From positions 1,280,001 to 1,344,000 of the forward strand of contig CAWDFP010000006.1 in the NCBI GenBank assembly GCA_963801605.1: DNA of 64,000 nt. Reading direction: 5' to 3'. The position numbers were made by a program, and so were the translations under genes. The notes below the pieces were generated by a model. It was not told where the DNA came from. It saw nothing but the letters and a program-made list of their open reading frames with translations, and ran no database searches. This stretch comes from an uncultured candidate division Zixibacteria bacterium (lineage in GTDB: Bacteria; Zixibacteria; MSB-5A5; UBA10806). This document shows positions 41,089 through 51,742 of the stretch, piece after piece. The stretch's first letter is position 1. Each line of letters starts with the position of its first letter.

Positions 41089-42333
41089 ATGATTAAAGGT
41101 CAGATAAAAGAATATCTCGCTCATATACGGATGTTTTCCAAAAACGCCCGCTGGTTTTTATTCGCGTCGTTTTTTATGGGGTTCGGCTATTCCATCGTCT
41201 GGTTGCTTTTCAATCTTTATCTAAAACAACTTGGATACCAGGAAGGCACTATCGGCACTATCCTGTCGGCGTCATCTTTGGGGACAGTATTGATCGCCAT
41301 ACCGGCGGCGATAGTAGTGGATCATGTGAGGGTCAAACGAGTTTTGCTTCTGGCAACGGCTTTGAGCTCGTCGTCGTTTATTATGATGGCGCTTTCCAGC
41401 AGCGTTTGGCCGCTGCGCTTTTTCTCCGGCTTTTCGGGAGCGATGTTCACCGTGCATTCCGTGGCGATCTCACCATTTTTTATGCGCAATTCATCACCGC
41501 AGGAACGCTCTCATCTGTTCGGAGTTGATATGGCGATGGAGACCTTGTCGGGCTTCTTCGGCACTTTTATCGGAGGTTTCATTCCGAAATATCTGCTGTT
41601 GCAGGGAGTCTCGCTGCTTCATGGCTATCGCTTTACGATCATCGGCGGTGTAACTCTGGCATTGTGCTCGATTATTTTTTATGCAATGATAAAGTCAGAC
41701 AAACCGGCCCGCACAGGACGACTTAAGTTATCGGAATATTTCGGCTCGCGAGACTGGAAGACCATCATTAAGCTGGTTACTCCGCATTTTCTGGTTGGCA
41801 TGGGCGCTGGACTGGTGATACCGTTTCTGAATCTGTACTTTTTCGATCGCTTTCACTTGCAGTCCGATCAAATCGGACGAATCTTTTCGTTCGGATCACT
41901 ATTTACCGCCGTGGGGTTTCTGCTGGGACCAGTGCTGGCCAAACGAATCGGGCTGATCAAGACTGTCGTGGTTACCCAGTTTCTATCGATTCCGTTTTTC
42001 CTGATTTTGGCTTTCTCGCACAATCTGGCGCTCTCGATTGTCGGTTTCCTTTTCCGGGGATGCTTGATGAACCTGGCTTGGCCGATGTACAATAATTTCG
42101 CCATGGAGATGGTGCCTGAGGATCAGCAGGCTGGAACCAATTCGGTTTTGTCGCTGGCCTGGAGCGCCTCCTGGATGGTCTCGGCTAATATCGGCGGACA
42201 TATCATTCAGAACTACGGCTTTACTGTGGTGATGGTAGTTACTGTGGCGCTGTATCTGACATCTACCACTTTTGCCTGGATGCTGTTCCGTCACAAGAAA
42301 ATGATGGGGCGGGCAACCGCGCCTCTTAAATAG
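41089..42333 (+). CDS. MFS transporter
   Basis: About 12 TM helices, 'LFNLYL', 'GAGLVIPFLNLYF'. Confidence 0.88.
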   Translation: MIKGQIKEYLAHIRMFSKNARWFLFASFFMGFGYSIVWLLFNLYLKQLGYQEGTIGTILSASSLGTVLIAIPAAIVVDHVRVKRVLLLATALSSSSFIMMALSSSVWPLRFFSGFSGAMFTVHSVAISPFFMRNSSPQERSHLFGVDMAMETLSGFFGTFIGGFIPKYLLLQGVSLLHGYRFTIIGGVTLALCSIIFYAMIKSDKPARTGRLKLSEYFGSRDWKTIIKLVTPHFLVGMGAGLVIPFLNLYFFDRFHLQSDQIGRIFSFGSLFTAVGFLLGPVLAKRIGLIKTVVVTQFLSIPFFLILAFSHNLALSIVGFLFRGCLMNLAWPMYNNFAMEMVPEDQQAGTNSVLSLAWSASWMVSANIGGHIIQNYGFTVVMVVTVALYLTSTTFAWMLFRHKKMMGRATAPLK

Positions 42334-42608
42334 CTTGATATTTCCGATATAGCGATCGGAAAGGGGATCAAGACAAGCATTATTGATGTGATCTTTTTGG
42401 GATCAATAATACGGTCATGGAATATGCTTTAGATAACCCCCTGAAACCTTATTTCATTTTCAAGAGTATATTAATTAAATGGGAAAAATAAACCCACAAT
42501 ATCGAGTCGCCCCCTTCAGGGCGGCTCAAGTTCTTTATGCAATCCTCTTCAATTTTGGCATATCAGTTAGGATACAAACGGTTTGATATCATAGAAATCA
42601 GGTGGCCT

Positions 42609-43490
42609 TTGAGCCAATTAAATCAAGTCGAGGAAGTAGAACAAATAAATAGCGAGCTATTAAAGAGCAATATCGCCGCGTATACGCGCCGAGCCGGGCG
42701 CGAAGCATCTGGCAGCTGGTAAACTCGATGGTTCCTTTTGCGTTGCTATGGGTTGCGGCAACTATGCCCTGCAGTACTCATTCTGGCTGGCATTGCCGGT
42801 AACACTTCTGGCCAGCGGCTTTTTGGTGCGGATCTTTATAATTTTTCACGATTGCGGGCATCAGTCATTTTTCAGGTCGCGCAAAGCCAACGACTTCTGG
42901 GGGCGAATCACAGGAGTGATAACATTTACACCCTACCACTACTGGAGCATAAATCACGCCAAGCATCACGAAACGTCGGGCAATCTCGATCAACGCGGCT
43001 TTGGAGATGTCTGGACCATGACAGTCGCCGAGTATAACCGTGCCCCTCTCAAGTTGCGCCTCAAGTACCGGCTGTTCCGCCATCCGTTGGTAATGCTTCT
43101 TCTGGGACCGCTCTTTATTTCGCTCATTACCAACCGGATCGCCAAGGGTAAGCCGGATAGACGGGAGATAATCAGTGTCTATGGCACCGACCTGGTCATC
43201 ATAGCAATCGGGACCGCGTTTAGCCTGATCATGGGGCTGAAATCCTATCTCATCATTCAAGCGCTGACATTGCTGGTCGGCCTGGTCGGCGGGATCTGGC
43301 TGTTCTATGTCCAGCATCAGTTTGAAGGTGTTTACTGGGCCCGCGAAGGCGAGTGGGATTTTATCGCTGCGTCTCTAAAGGGAGGTTCATTCTACAAACT
43401 TCCGAAATTGCTCAACTGGTTTACCGGAAACATCGGGTACCATCATGTGCATCATTTGATGACCCGAATCCCCAACTACAATCTGAGCAG
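42609..43490 (+). pseudogene. Membrane fatty-acid desaturase, frameshifted and 3'-truncated
   Basis: His boxes 'HDCGH', 'HAKHH', 'YVQH', 'HHVHH'; desaturase-like sequence ends at 'PNYNL' about 43485. Confidence 0.75.
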
Positions 43491-43963
43491 ATCAAGTAAG
43501 ACCAACGTATGGCGTTATCATCATTGCCGATAATCCTGAATATGATGCCATGCACCAGGAAATCCAGGGGCTGGCGGCCGCGAAAATAATCCCCGATTTG
43601 AGGTTGCCTATTATAGTATAACCGTCACCGAGAAAATAGCTGTGCGAGGTAAAAATTACAAAGAACAGAACAAGAATGATCCCAATCGCAAGAAAGATGA
43701 CCCTTGACTGTTTTATTGATAATGATTCGACTAAGTTATTAAGAGCCTGACCAACCTTTTTCTCTACATTAGGGATACAAAGGGCAAATAGAATGAATAA
43801 AAAGAAAAGCCTTATCGAAATTGGGAAAATCCTTACGGAATCTAGACCCCCACAGCAGCCATTGAGGGTTAAATGAGGCTATTACAGATATTATCGCCAG
43901 GACTAAAATAATTATATTTATCCTTATAGCGTTATTCGAAAATTCTGTATAATCGGGCTTCAT
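43485..43963 (-). pseudogene. 5' fragment of a paralog of the 13372-15345 membrane protein
   Basis: 'ASFNPQWLLWG', 'YFLGDGY', 'QPLDFLVHG...WSY' align with 'ASFNPQWHLWG', 'HFMGDGY', 'EPLDYYLHQ...WSY'. Confidence 0.7.
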
Positions 43964-44037
43964 TAGTATGAATATACAATCCGCTCATTGATTATTCCAA
44001 TTGCAATTATAATTTCTGTGCGCCTATAATTTCCCCG

Positions 44038-44985
44038 ATGAAATCGCGCGCCCCCAAAAACAGAACCATTTCGCTCTCAAATACCGACCGCAAGCGGTTA
44101 TCAAATAAATTGATTTGCCCCTATTATGCCGAAACGAAAATAATTCCGCTCAATTCGACTATCCTTGGCGATTACACGCAGATAGTCCCCTTTATGCCTC
44201 AATCAAGCGTTGATTTGATGATTCTCGATCCACCCTATAACCTAAATAAAACCTTCAACGGGAATTCCTTTAAGCGGCGCTCCGTAGATGATTATACAAG
44301 TTATCTAAAAGAAGTCCTGGAGGCATTGATCCCCCTGCTCAAACCCACCGCGACCGTTTATATCTGCGGGGATTGGCTGAGTTCGGCGTCAATCTTTGCG
44401 GCGGCGTCAGAGTTGCTTGTTGTCAGGAACCGCCTCACCTGGGAACGGGAGAAGGGGAGAGGCGCCTCCAAAAACTGGAAAAATTCGTCCGAGGATATCT
44501 GGTTTTGCACGGTGTCGGATAGATACACTTTCAATATCAAAGATGTAAAATTGCGCCGAAAGGTTCTTGCGCCTTATCGCTCTAATGATGGCGCGCCGAA
44601 AGACTGGAATGAAACCGCATCCGGCAACTTCCGCGATACGGCGCCGTCCAATATTTGGACCGATATTACAATCCCGTTTTGGTCGATGCCTGAAAACACC
44701 GATCATCCCACCCAAAAGAGCGAAAAGCTGATCGCCAGGCTAATTCTGGCATCGAGCAATCGCGGCGATCTCGTGTTCGATCCCTTTCTCGGGAGCGGAA
44801 CAACATCGGTAACAGCCAAAAAGCTTGGACGAAAATATCTTGGTATCGAAATCGAGAAGGAGTTCTGTCTCCTCGCGGAGAAACGGTTGGAATTGGCTGA
44901 CGGCGAACCTTCAATTCAAGGATATACATCAGGAATTTTCTGGGAACGCAATACGTATTCCGAACAGACTAATATAAAACGATAG
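44038..44985 (+). CDS. Orphan N6A/N4C DNA methyltransferase (beta class)
   Basis: 'DPPYN' before 'HPTQK' and 'DPFLGSGTT'; no adjacent endonuclease seen. Confidence 0.9.
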   Translation: MKSRAPKNRTISLSNTDRKRLSNKLICPYYAETKIIPLNSTILGDYTQIVPFMPQSSVDLMILDPPYNLNKTFNGNSFKRRSVDDYTSYLKEVLEALIPLLKPTATVYICGDWLSSASIFAAASELLVVRNRLTWEREKGRGASKNWKNSSEDIWFCTVSDRYTFNIKDVKLRRKVLAPYRSNDGAPKDWNETASGNFRDTAPSNIWTDITIPFWSMPENTDHPTQKSEKLIARLILASSNRGDLVFDPFLGSGTTSVTAKKLGRKYLGIEIEKEFCLLAEKRLELADGEPSIQGYTSGIFWERNTYSEQTNIKR

Positions 44986-45097
44986 TATTAAATTACCTTT
45001 TCTGCGCTTTGATTATAAAAATAATAATGGCGCCATGTCTTGCGACATCGCGCCATCTGCTTTTCGACAGTCATTACTGCCGGATTCGCCCTAATGC

Positions 45098-45376
45098 TTA
45101 ATAACGGGAACGGCCCATATTGCTGCGGTTCTCGGTGCGTGGACGAGCCTCGCTGACATTAAGAGAGCGGCCATTAAGCTCTTTGCCGTTCAAACCGGCA
45201 ATAGCGGCTTCGCCTTCGGCCTTTGAGGACATTTCCACAAATCCGAAACCCTTGGAATCGCCACTGAACTTATCCTTGATAATATTGACTGATACGATCT
45301 GGCCGTGGGCTTCAAATGCCGTGCGAAGATCGCCTTCCGCTGTGTCGCGGGATAGATTGCCGATGTATAATTTCAT
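45098..45376 (-). CDS. RRM RNA-binding protein
   Basis: RNP2 'LYIGNL', RNP1 'KGFGFVEM'. Confidence 0.93.
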   Translation of the reverse strand: MKLYIGNLSRDTAEGDLRTAFEAHGQIVSVNIIKDKFSGDSKGFGFVEMSSKAEGEAAIAGLNGKELNGRSLNVSEARPRTENRSNMGRSRY

Positions 45377-45772
45377 CGTTTCTCCTTTTTCTCGCTACTT
45401 GTTGCCCTGGGGGAGACTTTGGCAAGAATGAATGATTCATGCGCACAATCGCGCTTTTGTCTCCAGATTAATATTTTGACAAGGGCTGATAATTCAAGTC
45501 TTGAGAAAACTTAAGGCGGAGATATGTTTACATCGATTAGTGTAGCAAATAATTCCTCGAATGTCAATAAATATCGCGATATAACCTGTATCGTGTTGCT
45601 GTGATACCGTTTATGGTAATGTGATTTTTTTAAGATTTAACATATTCGGTTGGCAATTTTTTGTTTAATGCCTAAATATATGATTTTAATAAAATTTTAA
45701 TCCAATCGTTTTCATAAATAAATAAGCCCCTACCGTGAGATAGGGGCCTTAAATTTTGTATGTATTTCTGTA

Positions 45773-45982
45773 TTAATTTAGTCTGAGCACATTCTGGGCC
45801 TGAAGTCCCTTGGGGCCTTCAGCTAATTCAAATTGTACTTCCTCTCCCTCTGCGAGCGATTTAAAACCATCACCCTTGATCGATGTGTAGTGGACGAAGA
45901 TGTCTTGTTCGCTCTCATTTTGTCGAATGAACCCGTATCCCTTTTTACTGTTAAACCACTTAACTTTACCCACATTAGCCAA
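45773..45982 (-). CDS. Cold-shock protein
   Basis: 'GKVKWFN..KGYGFI', 'DIFVHY'. Confidence 0.95.
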   Translation of the reverse strand: MANVGKVKWFNSKKGYGFIRQNESEQDIFVHYTSIKGDGFKSLAEGEEVQFELAEGPKGLQAQNVLRLN

Positions 45983-46256
45983 TAGGATACCTCCTTATCA
46001 AGAATTTCTTGGTTAATACTGTCAAAGATTCTCGAATTTCCCGGAGCATTGTCAAGTGACGGCATCATGCCAAAATACAATTATATAATATAGTAGATAA
46101 ATAGGTCAGTCAAGGGAAATCTGCATTTTGTTATAGTTTTTATTAGCATTGCCTCCCCCCCAAGTTTGCGCTTTTTTTTCAAATGAATCCCAAATGAACC
46201 GGAAATGATACCTTTCGCCGCTCAAATCCGCCATCTATTAAGGCAAAAACGGAGGC

Positions 46257-46751
46257 GTGATGGCCAGAATTGATTATGTTGAACCTGAAGTCTTACAGTC
46301 ACTTATCTCGCTTGAAACGGCACCGGTTGATCCCCGGTTGAAAGCCGAAGTCGAAAAGGCTTTGGCACAGCTTCCAGAGCATCTGCAGGAACTTGTAATT
46401 GCCCGAATTTATCAGGGCAAGACCCTTAATCAGATTATGCGACTTAACAATCTTCCGCGGGAATTGGTCATTTCGGAACTCAAGGAAGCCATGCGCCAAC
46501 TTCGATTGCTCCTGGCCGATTTTGTTCGCAATCGTTGGAATATCGAAATAGGCCCGATTTGCAGGATCTGTGTTCATCCACAACGCGAAAATATCAATCG
46601 AATGCTCAGAAATAAACCGGATTCCCAATCCTGGGGATTATTTGGAAAACATTTGCGGCGCGAAATTGGAGAGAATATCGGTCCCCCGAGGGTTTTTATT
46701 ACTCATCTGAATCATATTGAAAGGAGTAGAAATGACTATGCGGGCAGATAA
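46257..46751 (+). CDS. Sigma-70 region-4-like HTH fused to a CxxC...HxxH Zn-binding domain
   Basis: 'VEKALAQLPEHLQELV..R..QGKTLNQI' then 'CRICVHPQRENI...THLNH'. Confidence 0.6.
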   Translation: MMARIDYVEPEVLQSLISLETAPVDPRLKAEVEKALAQLPEHLQELVIARIYQGKTLNQIMRLNNLPRELVISELKEAMRQLRLLLADFVRNRWNIEIGPICRICVHPQRENINRMLRNKPDSQSWGLFGKHLRREIGENIGPPRVFITHLNHIERSRNDYAGR

Positions 46752-46962
46752 GCATCACGTTCAAATCCGCCTATCGATGCAGACCAAAAAGGAACTCCGC
46801 GACGCCTCCAAACACTTGGAATTGACGGAATCGGATGTTATGCGAAGCGCCCTGTTTTTCGGATTGCCGATCGTGGTCGCTATGAACGAATTGCAGGGGG
46901 AATTGATAAAACGTCTGGTTAAGAAACTGAAGGGTGAGGCGCGAATTCACCGATCCGGCTGA
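46732..46962 (+). CDS. Ribbon-helix-helix-like small DNA-binding protein
   Basis: 'VQIRLS..TKKEL...S..L..TESDVMRSAL'; AAGGAG RBS; coupled to the upstream gene. Confidence 0.55.
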   Translation: MTMRADKHHVQIRLSMQTKKELRDASKHLELTESDVMRSALFFGLPIVVAMNELQGELIKRLVKKLKGEARIHRSG

Positions 46963-47519
46963 CACGCGAAATTATTGCGCCGGCCCGGTTCATTTCGTCT
47001 ATTGCCGCTGCCGAATCGCCCGCTTTGACCTCAACTCCCATGATAGCATCGGCAAGTAAAACGACCTTGAATCCGTTGGCAAGAGCGTCTAGTGTGGTGG
47101 CCTTGACGCAGTAATCTGTTGCCAGGCCGCCGATGAAAAGACGCTCCACGCCGGCGTCCCTCAACATTTTGGCCAATTTCGTTCGCTGGAAACCGGAATA
47201 AGCTTCTTTGTCCGGATCGCTGCCTTTTTTGATCTGAGTTGCTTTCCCGATTTTCAAGCCGGGATGCAACTGCGATCCTCTGGTTCCGGCTACGCAGTGC
47301 GACGGCCAAATGCCCCCCTGCTCTTTGAACGATATGTGGTTTGCGGGATGCCAATCCTGCGTGGCGTAGATATGTTTAAAATATGGCTACGAGAGCATTT
47401 AGGCTCTCTATTATCGAATCCCCTCCGGGAACCGGCAGGGCCCCGCCGGGACAAAAATCGTTTTGGACATCGACAATGACCAGCGCGTCCTTTTCCTTAT
47501 CGATTTTAATCTCATTCAT
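46919..47519 (-). CDS. pncA: Nicotinamidase/pyrazinamidase, frameshifted
   Basis: Reading from ATG 47519: 'ALVIVDVQNDFCPGGALPV', 'TQDWHP', then 'EAYSGF', 'GLATDYCVKAT'. Confidence 0.85.
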
Positions 47520-47717
47520 GTCATATTAAATTGCGTTCGCCCGAAAACTGTTCCCTCGATTTATCATTACGATAAGATAGGAGTATAATGGATTAATGAT
47601 ACATGTGGGATGCTCTGCAATTTCGATTGCAGATTCTATTCCGGGCCGATATATTTCCGGTAGGAATTTCGAACTATGAGAAATAATTTAAATAGATTCA
47701 AAAAGATGGAGCCGATA

Positions 47718-48893
47718 ATGAAAAAAGCAGCAATTCTAATGCTCGCTCTTTTGGCTTTGGTTCAAGTGGCGTCCGCAGTGGAGTTCACCGGTTCTTATGC
47801 CGATGTCAAAGCTCAGGCCATCACCCAGGGAAAGCCAATCCTGATCGATTTCTTCGCCGAATGGTGAAGCGCCTGCAAGCAGTTCGCTGGTGCAGTGAAC
47901 TCAAATGCCGAGATTCAAAAAGCGCTGGAACCGGTCATCCTTTACCGTGTGGATTGTGAAAAAGGCGCCGGTAGGGATTTGGCCAAAGAATTTAATATCA
48001 GGGCTTATCCCACATTTATCTTGGTTAATAAAGATGGGCAAATGCTGGATATTTGGCTGGGTTTCGAAAAGGCCAGTTTCATTAAAACTTTAGACGATGC
48101 CCGCACCGATCTTACCACAATCGAGGAGAAAAAGGCGCGTTATAAAGCCCTTCCCGATTTACGGTCGGCGGCAGTACTGGGCCGATATTCCTCGGCGATA
48201 GGCGAATATAAAGATGCGGTTAATTATTTTCGTAGGGCCTATGTGCTTTCAAGTGATACCAGGGCTGATTATGTTTTCGATATTTTTGAAAACACCGCCA
48301 GTGGCGCTAGAAAAAATATATTTACATACGACGATGTTTCCCAGGCAGCCGAGGCTATCATCAACGGACCGAAAAGAGATCCCTGGCAAGTCGTTCAGGT
48401 AATTACCGAGATGATCGGAATTGCTAAAAATCTCAATAAAACAGACGATGTCGCCAAGTATACTCAGGCCGGGCTTGACGCTACATCCGTAAGCGATGAT
48501 CCCGATATCAAAAACATGCACTCCGAGTTGATGGTTGAATTCGCATTATCTGTTAAGCATGATACCGCCACGGCAGTTGAATATAAAAAAGCGGCCATGC
48601 CGGATGGTTGGCAAACCGATGCCGGCAGGCTTAATGAATTTGCCTGGTGGTGTTTTGAGAATAAAACCAATCTTACCGAGGCCGAGCAACTTTCCCGCAA
48701 GTCAATCGAATTGGCCAAGCCGGGACGAGAAATATCGAATTGCTATGATACCTTAGCCGAAATTGTAAACGCTAAGGGCAATCCCAAAGAGGCGCTGGAA
48801 TTATCGAAGAAAGCCGTAACCGAGGATCCCTCGAATAAGTATTTCCCCACGCAGGTCGAACGGTTCCAAAAGGCCGTTACGCCATCGAAATAG
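47718..48893 (+). CDS. Exported thioredoxin-fold selenoprotein (WUxxC) with C-terminal TPR-like repeats
   Basis: ORFs 47676 and 47895 are in the same frame, joined by TGA 47865-47867: PILIDFFAEW-U-SACKQF; cis-Pro 'AYPT' downstream. Confidence 0.85.
47873..47895 (+). promoter_or_regulatory. Candidate SECIS hairpin
   Basis: CTGCA-ag-CAG-TTCG-CTG-g-TGCAG beginning 5 nt after the UGA. Confidence 0.5.
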
Positions 48894-48911
48894 GATTTAT
48901 CTGATTGGTTT

Positions 48912-48940
48912 AAAGGCGGCCCGATTAGGCCGCCTTTTTT
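48912..48940 (+). terminator. Rho-independent terminator
   Basis: AAAGGCGGCC-cgatta-GGCCGCCTTT followed by a T run. Confidence 0.8.
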
Positions 48941-49046
48941 TATATTATGCCCCTGAATGAACGCTTTTTGAGTATTGAATCGATTACAGAAAAGGCCCCC
49001 TCTTTATTCTGGGCAGGCGTGGCGAATTTTTTGCGCCTCTCAATCT

Positions 49047-49589
49047 CTATTCTTTGGTTTGGCCTTCTTTGGCCATTCTTTTAATTTCCTTTTTTAAAGC
49101 TTTGGCGAAATTTTTGGCGGTGTTCTTAAATATTTGATTACCTTTAGTTGCCCAATCGCTGACCTCGGCGCTGAAATTTCCAGCAAAAATGGTATTATTA
49201 CTATCTGCCCTGTCTATAAGTCTCAAAGCTACTGTTAGCTTGGCGTTACCTACGCCAAAGCCGATAAAGAATCTGGCTACTCCACTGCCTCTCTTAAATT
49301 CTATAACGCTTCCATTGATTTCATAATCGACCTTATCGTCTTTGCTTATCATGGTAAAAATATCTTGAGTACTGAGTTGATAATCCAACTCAGTCTTTAG
49401 CATTTCTATTTCCTCGAGAGTGGGTTTTTTTTCGATATCCATATTAGCGGGTAATTCGTCTACGATACTGCCTATCGAACAAAATTTGGAAGCCTCAATT
49501 GGCGCTTGCAGGGGCTTTGTTATCACATAAGGTGTGCAGGATATAATAAAACAAAATACAACTGCGGCGCAGAATTTCGATATCGTCAT
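49047..49589 (-). CDS. DUF4410-like lipoprotein
   Basis: Lipobox 'IISC', 'GSGVARFFIGFGVG'. Confidence 0.7.
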   Translation of the reverse strand: MTISKFCAAVVFCFIISCTPYVITKPLQAPIEASKFCSIGSIVDELPANMDIEKKPTLEEIEMLKTELDYQLSTQDIFTMISKDDKVDYEINGSVIEFKRGSGVARFFIGFGVGNAKLTVALRLIDRADSNNTIFAGNFSAEVSDWATKGNQIFKNTAKNFAKALKKEIKRMAKEGQTKE

Positions 49590-49630
49590 ACAATCCCTCC
49601 TTTAGATTGCGGTTCAAGATTTTACTTCAG

Positions 49631-50560
49631 CTAGAACATTGTGACAGCCCTTAGTTTCAAATCAAATATATAGCCATAGAATACTTCTGATTTGTGAGCG
49701 TTATTTCCTGATGAAACCGCCACTAAGTCCAAAGTAAAACCACAGTCGAGGCCCATTCTCTTTGAAAACATTTTTATTGCTCCGAATCCGAACATAAAGG
49801 CAAATTTGGAATTAGATTGACTATCGTTGATATTGCCGATCTGGCCCGTATTAATCTGTCTTACGGTGGCCTTCGTTGTGGTTGTATGCGTGATTATCCC
49901 TATTCCGCTCAATCCATACCACATACTCCTGGAATCCTGAATTCTGGAAAATGGCTGATGAAAATTGACAGCAGCCTCATAGCGCGTGGCATGAAAACCT
50001 AAATCCTCATTGAGAATTTGTATATTAGGATCATACGATATGAGATGCATCTTTTCGCTGATTCTCATTCCGGATCGTGAGACTATAAACTGCAAGGCTA
50101 CTTGATGACTCAATGCTAATCTAAAATCGCCTTCATAACCAACTCCGGATTTAATTCCGTCATAATAATCCCCCGCCGGGATGCTTAAATTGCCTCCAAT
50201 GGAAAATAAACCAACCCAGGACTTAGCCATCGCGGCTTTGTATTCGTTTGATTCGCGGGATACCCATTCTTCCTTCTGAGGCCTATAATACCCCTGCAGC
50301 ACTCTCGAGGTTACATCGCGTCCGCTTTGATCGGTTATTATTTTTATATCACTGAAGCTGACATTTATTTTTGACCCCTGATATTCAAGCAATACCGTTT
50401 TATAAAAATCGTTCACCTCGAATTTGACATCTTTATATTGCTCGCCGGACTTAAGTTCAAAAGTGGCAGTTTCGGAAGCTTGTATTAGGGAAACGGACGT
50501 TATTAACAATAAAATTAATGCAATTAAAACTCTAGGGGTAATTTTGGACGAAATTATCAT
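49631..50560 (-). CDS. Outer-membrane beta-barrel protein
   Basis: Signal peptide, OmpA-like strands, C-terminal Phe; start reassigned to ATG 50560 after GGAGG. Confidence 0.6.
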   Translation of the reverse strand: MIISSKITPRVLIALILLLITSVSLIQASETATFELKSGEQYKDVKFEVNDFYKTVLLEYQGSKINVSFSDIKIITDQSGRDVTSRVLQGYYRPQKEEWVSRESNEYKAAMAKSWVGLFSIGGNLSIPAGDYYDGIKSGVGYEGDFRLALSHQVALQFIVSRSGMRISEKMHLISYDPNIQILNEDLGFHATRYEAAVNFHQPFSRIQDSRSMWYGLSGIGIITHTTTTKATVRQINTGQIGNINDSQSNSKFAFMFGFGAIKMFSKRMGLDCGFTLDLVAVSSGNNAHKSEVFYGYIFDLKLRAVTMF

Positions 50561-50798
50561 TCGAACCTCCGCTGTTTTTCCCATTTTAAAATTGAACGAC
50601 TTGCGAGTCAAGTTAAATATGGAACCAATTCTGATAATCGAGACGTGTTTACCTCCCGATCGGGGGAAAGTATTATTGACATTTCTATAGAATCTATATT
50701 CATATTTATCCAGACTTTTATAGTCATGCTATGAAGAACGCAATAATAAACCGGGGCTTAATACAAACCCCGGTCATGTATTAGTATTGCATCTAAGA

Positions 50799-51359
50799 TT
50801 ATCTTTTTATCTTTTGAGTGGCTTGGCCGCTTACCAACGCATTTAACGTAATTCGTTCCTTTTTCACGGTAATGTCATGTTCGAGTGCAGTGACTCGAGA
50901 CCGAAGATTATTTACCTCGCGCCTGACCTCACGCTCGTGGATGGCTTTTTTAATTGCCAGGTCGATCTCATCGAGCTTAAAGGGTTTGAGAATATAATCG
51001 GAAGCTCCCATGCGAATCGCCCTAACGGATGAATCGAGAGTCGGAAATCCGGTCATCAGTATTGTTACTATATCAGGATTAATTTGGGTGATTTTCTCGA
51101 TCGTTTCGAGACCATCCATGCCCCGCATTTTCAAATCCACCAGCACAATGTCGCAGGGTGATTTTACCAACAACGAAATAGCATCCTCGCCGCTGCCCGC
51201 AGTTTGTACCTTATAATTTTCCCGTTTGAAATATTCATTAAGAAAATCAAGAACAAGATCGTCGTCATCGACAACCATCAGCGATGGTTTTTCAACATTT
51301 TCCACTCGCTGTTGATGTTCTATGGTATTTTTGGTTTTATAGGATGTATCTTGTGCCAT
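50799..51359 (-). CDS. Stand-alone response regulator receiver with coiled-coil tail
   Basis: 'VVDDD', 'DLKM.GMDG', 'ILMTG', 'GASDYILKPF'. Confidence 0.88.
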   Translation of the reverse strand: MAQDTSYKTKNTIEHQQRVENVEKPSLMVVDDDDLVLDFLNEYFKRENYKVQTAGSGEDAISLLVKSPCDIVLVDLKMRGMDGLETIEKITQINPDIVTILMTGFPTLDSSVRAIRMGASDYILKPFKLDEIDLAIKKAIHEREVRREVNNLRSRVTALEHDITVKKERITLNALVSGQATQKIKR

Positions 51360-51742
51360 TTATCCCTCTTAAAAAAATGGTTTGACTGCCAGTCTGTCGC
51401 CTCTATTAAAGGCATCCATTAACATTATCGGAATATTTGACAAAAGATTTATGGGCTGAATTGAAAGTGACAGCCATCCTCGATCAAGGGGTAAATCGAT
51501 TATAAAGGTGTTTCCACGCTTAAAGTGACCACAAATAAACTTATATATGCCAGTTATGAGCATTTAATTAGACTTAGCTTTTTATGCATATCAAATAAAA
51601 TGAGTCTTTTAGAATGAAATTTGTTAAAAAAATAGGGCTGCGAATGTATCAATTCAACAGCCCTTATACTCAAAATACAATTATATTTTGTTCAGCGCCG
51701 CCAAGTATACTTGTAATTCCTGCTCCGACAGGCAAAAGTCAT

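Noticed and set aside
51369..51563. Possible histidine-kinase C-terminal remnant ('GNTFIIDLPL') upstream of the receiver gene
   Set aside because: Only about 10 residues resemble an HATPase end, in AT-rich intergenic DNA; insufficient support.
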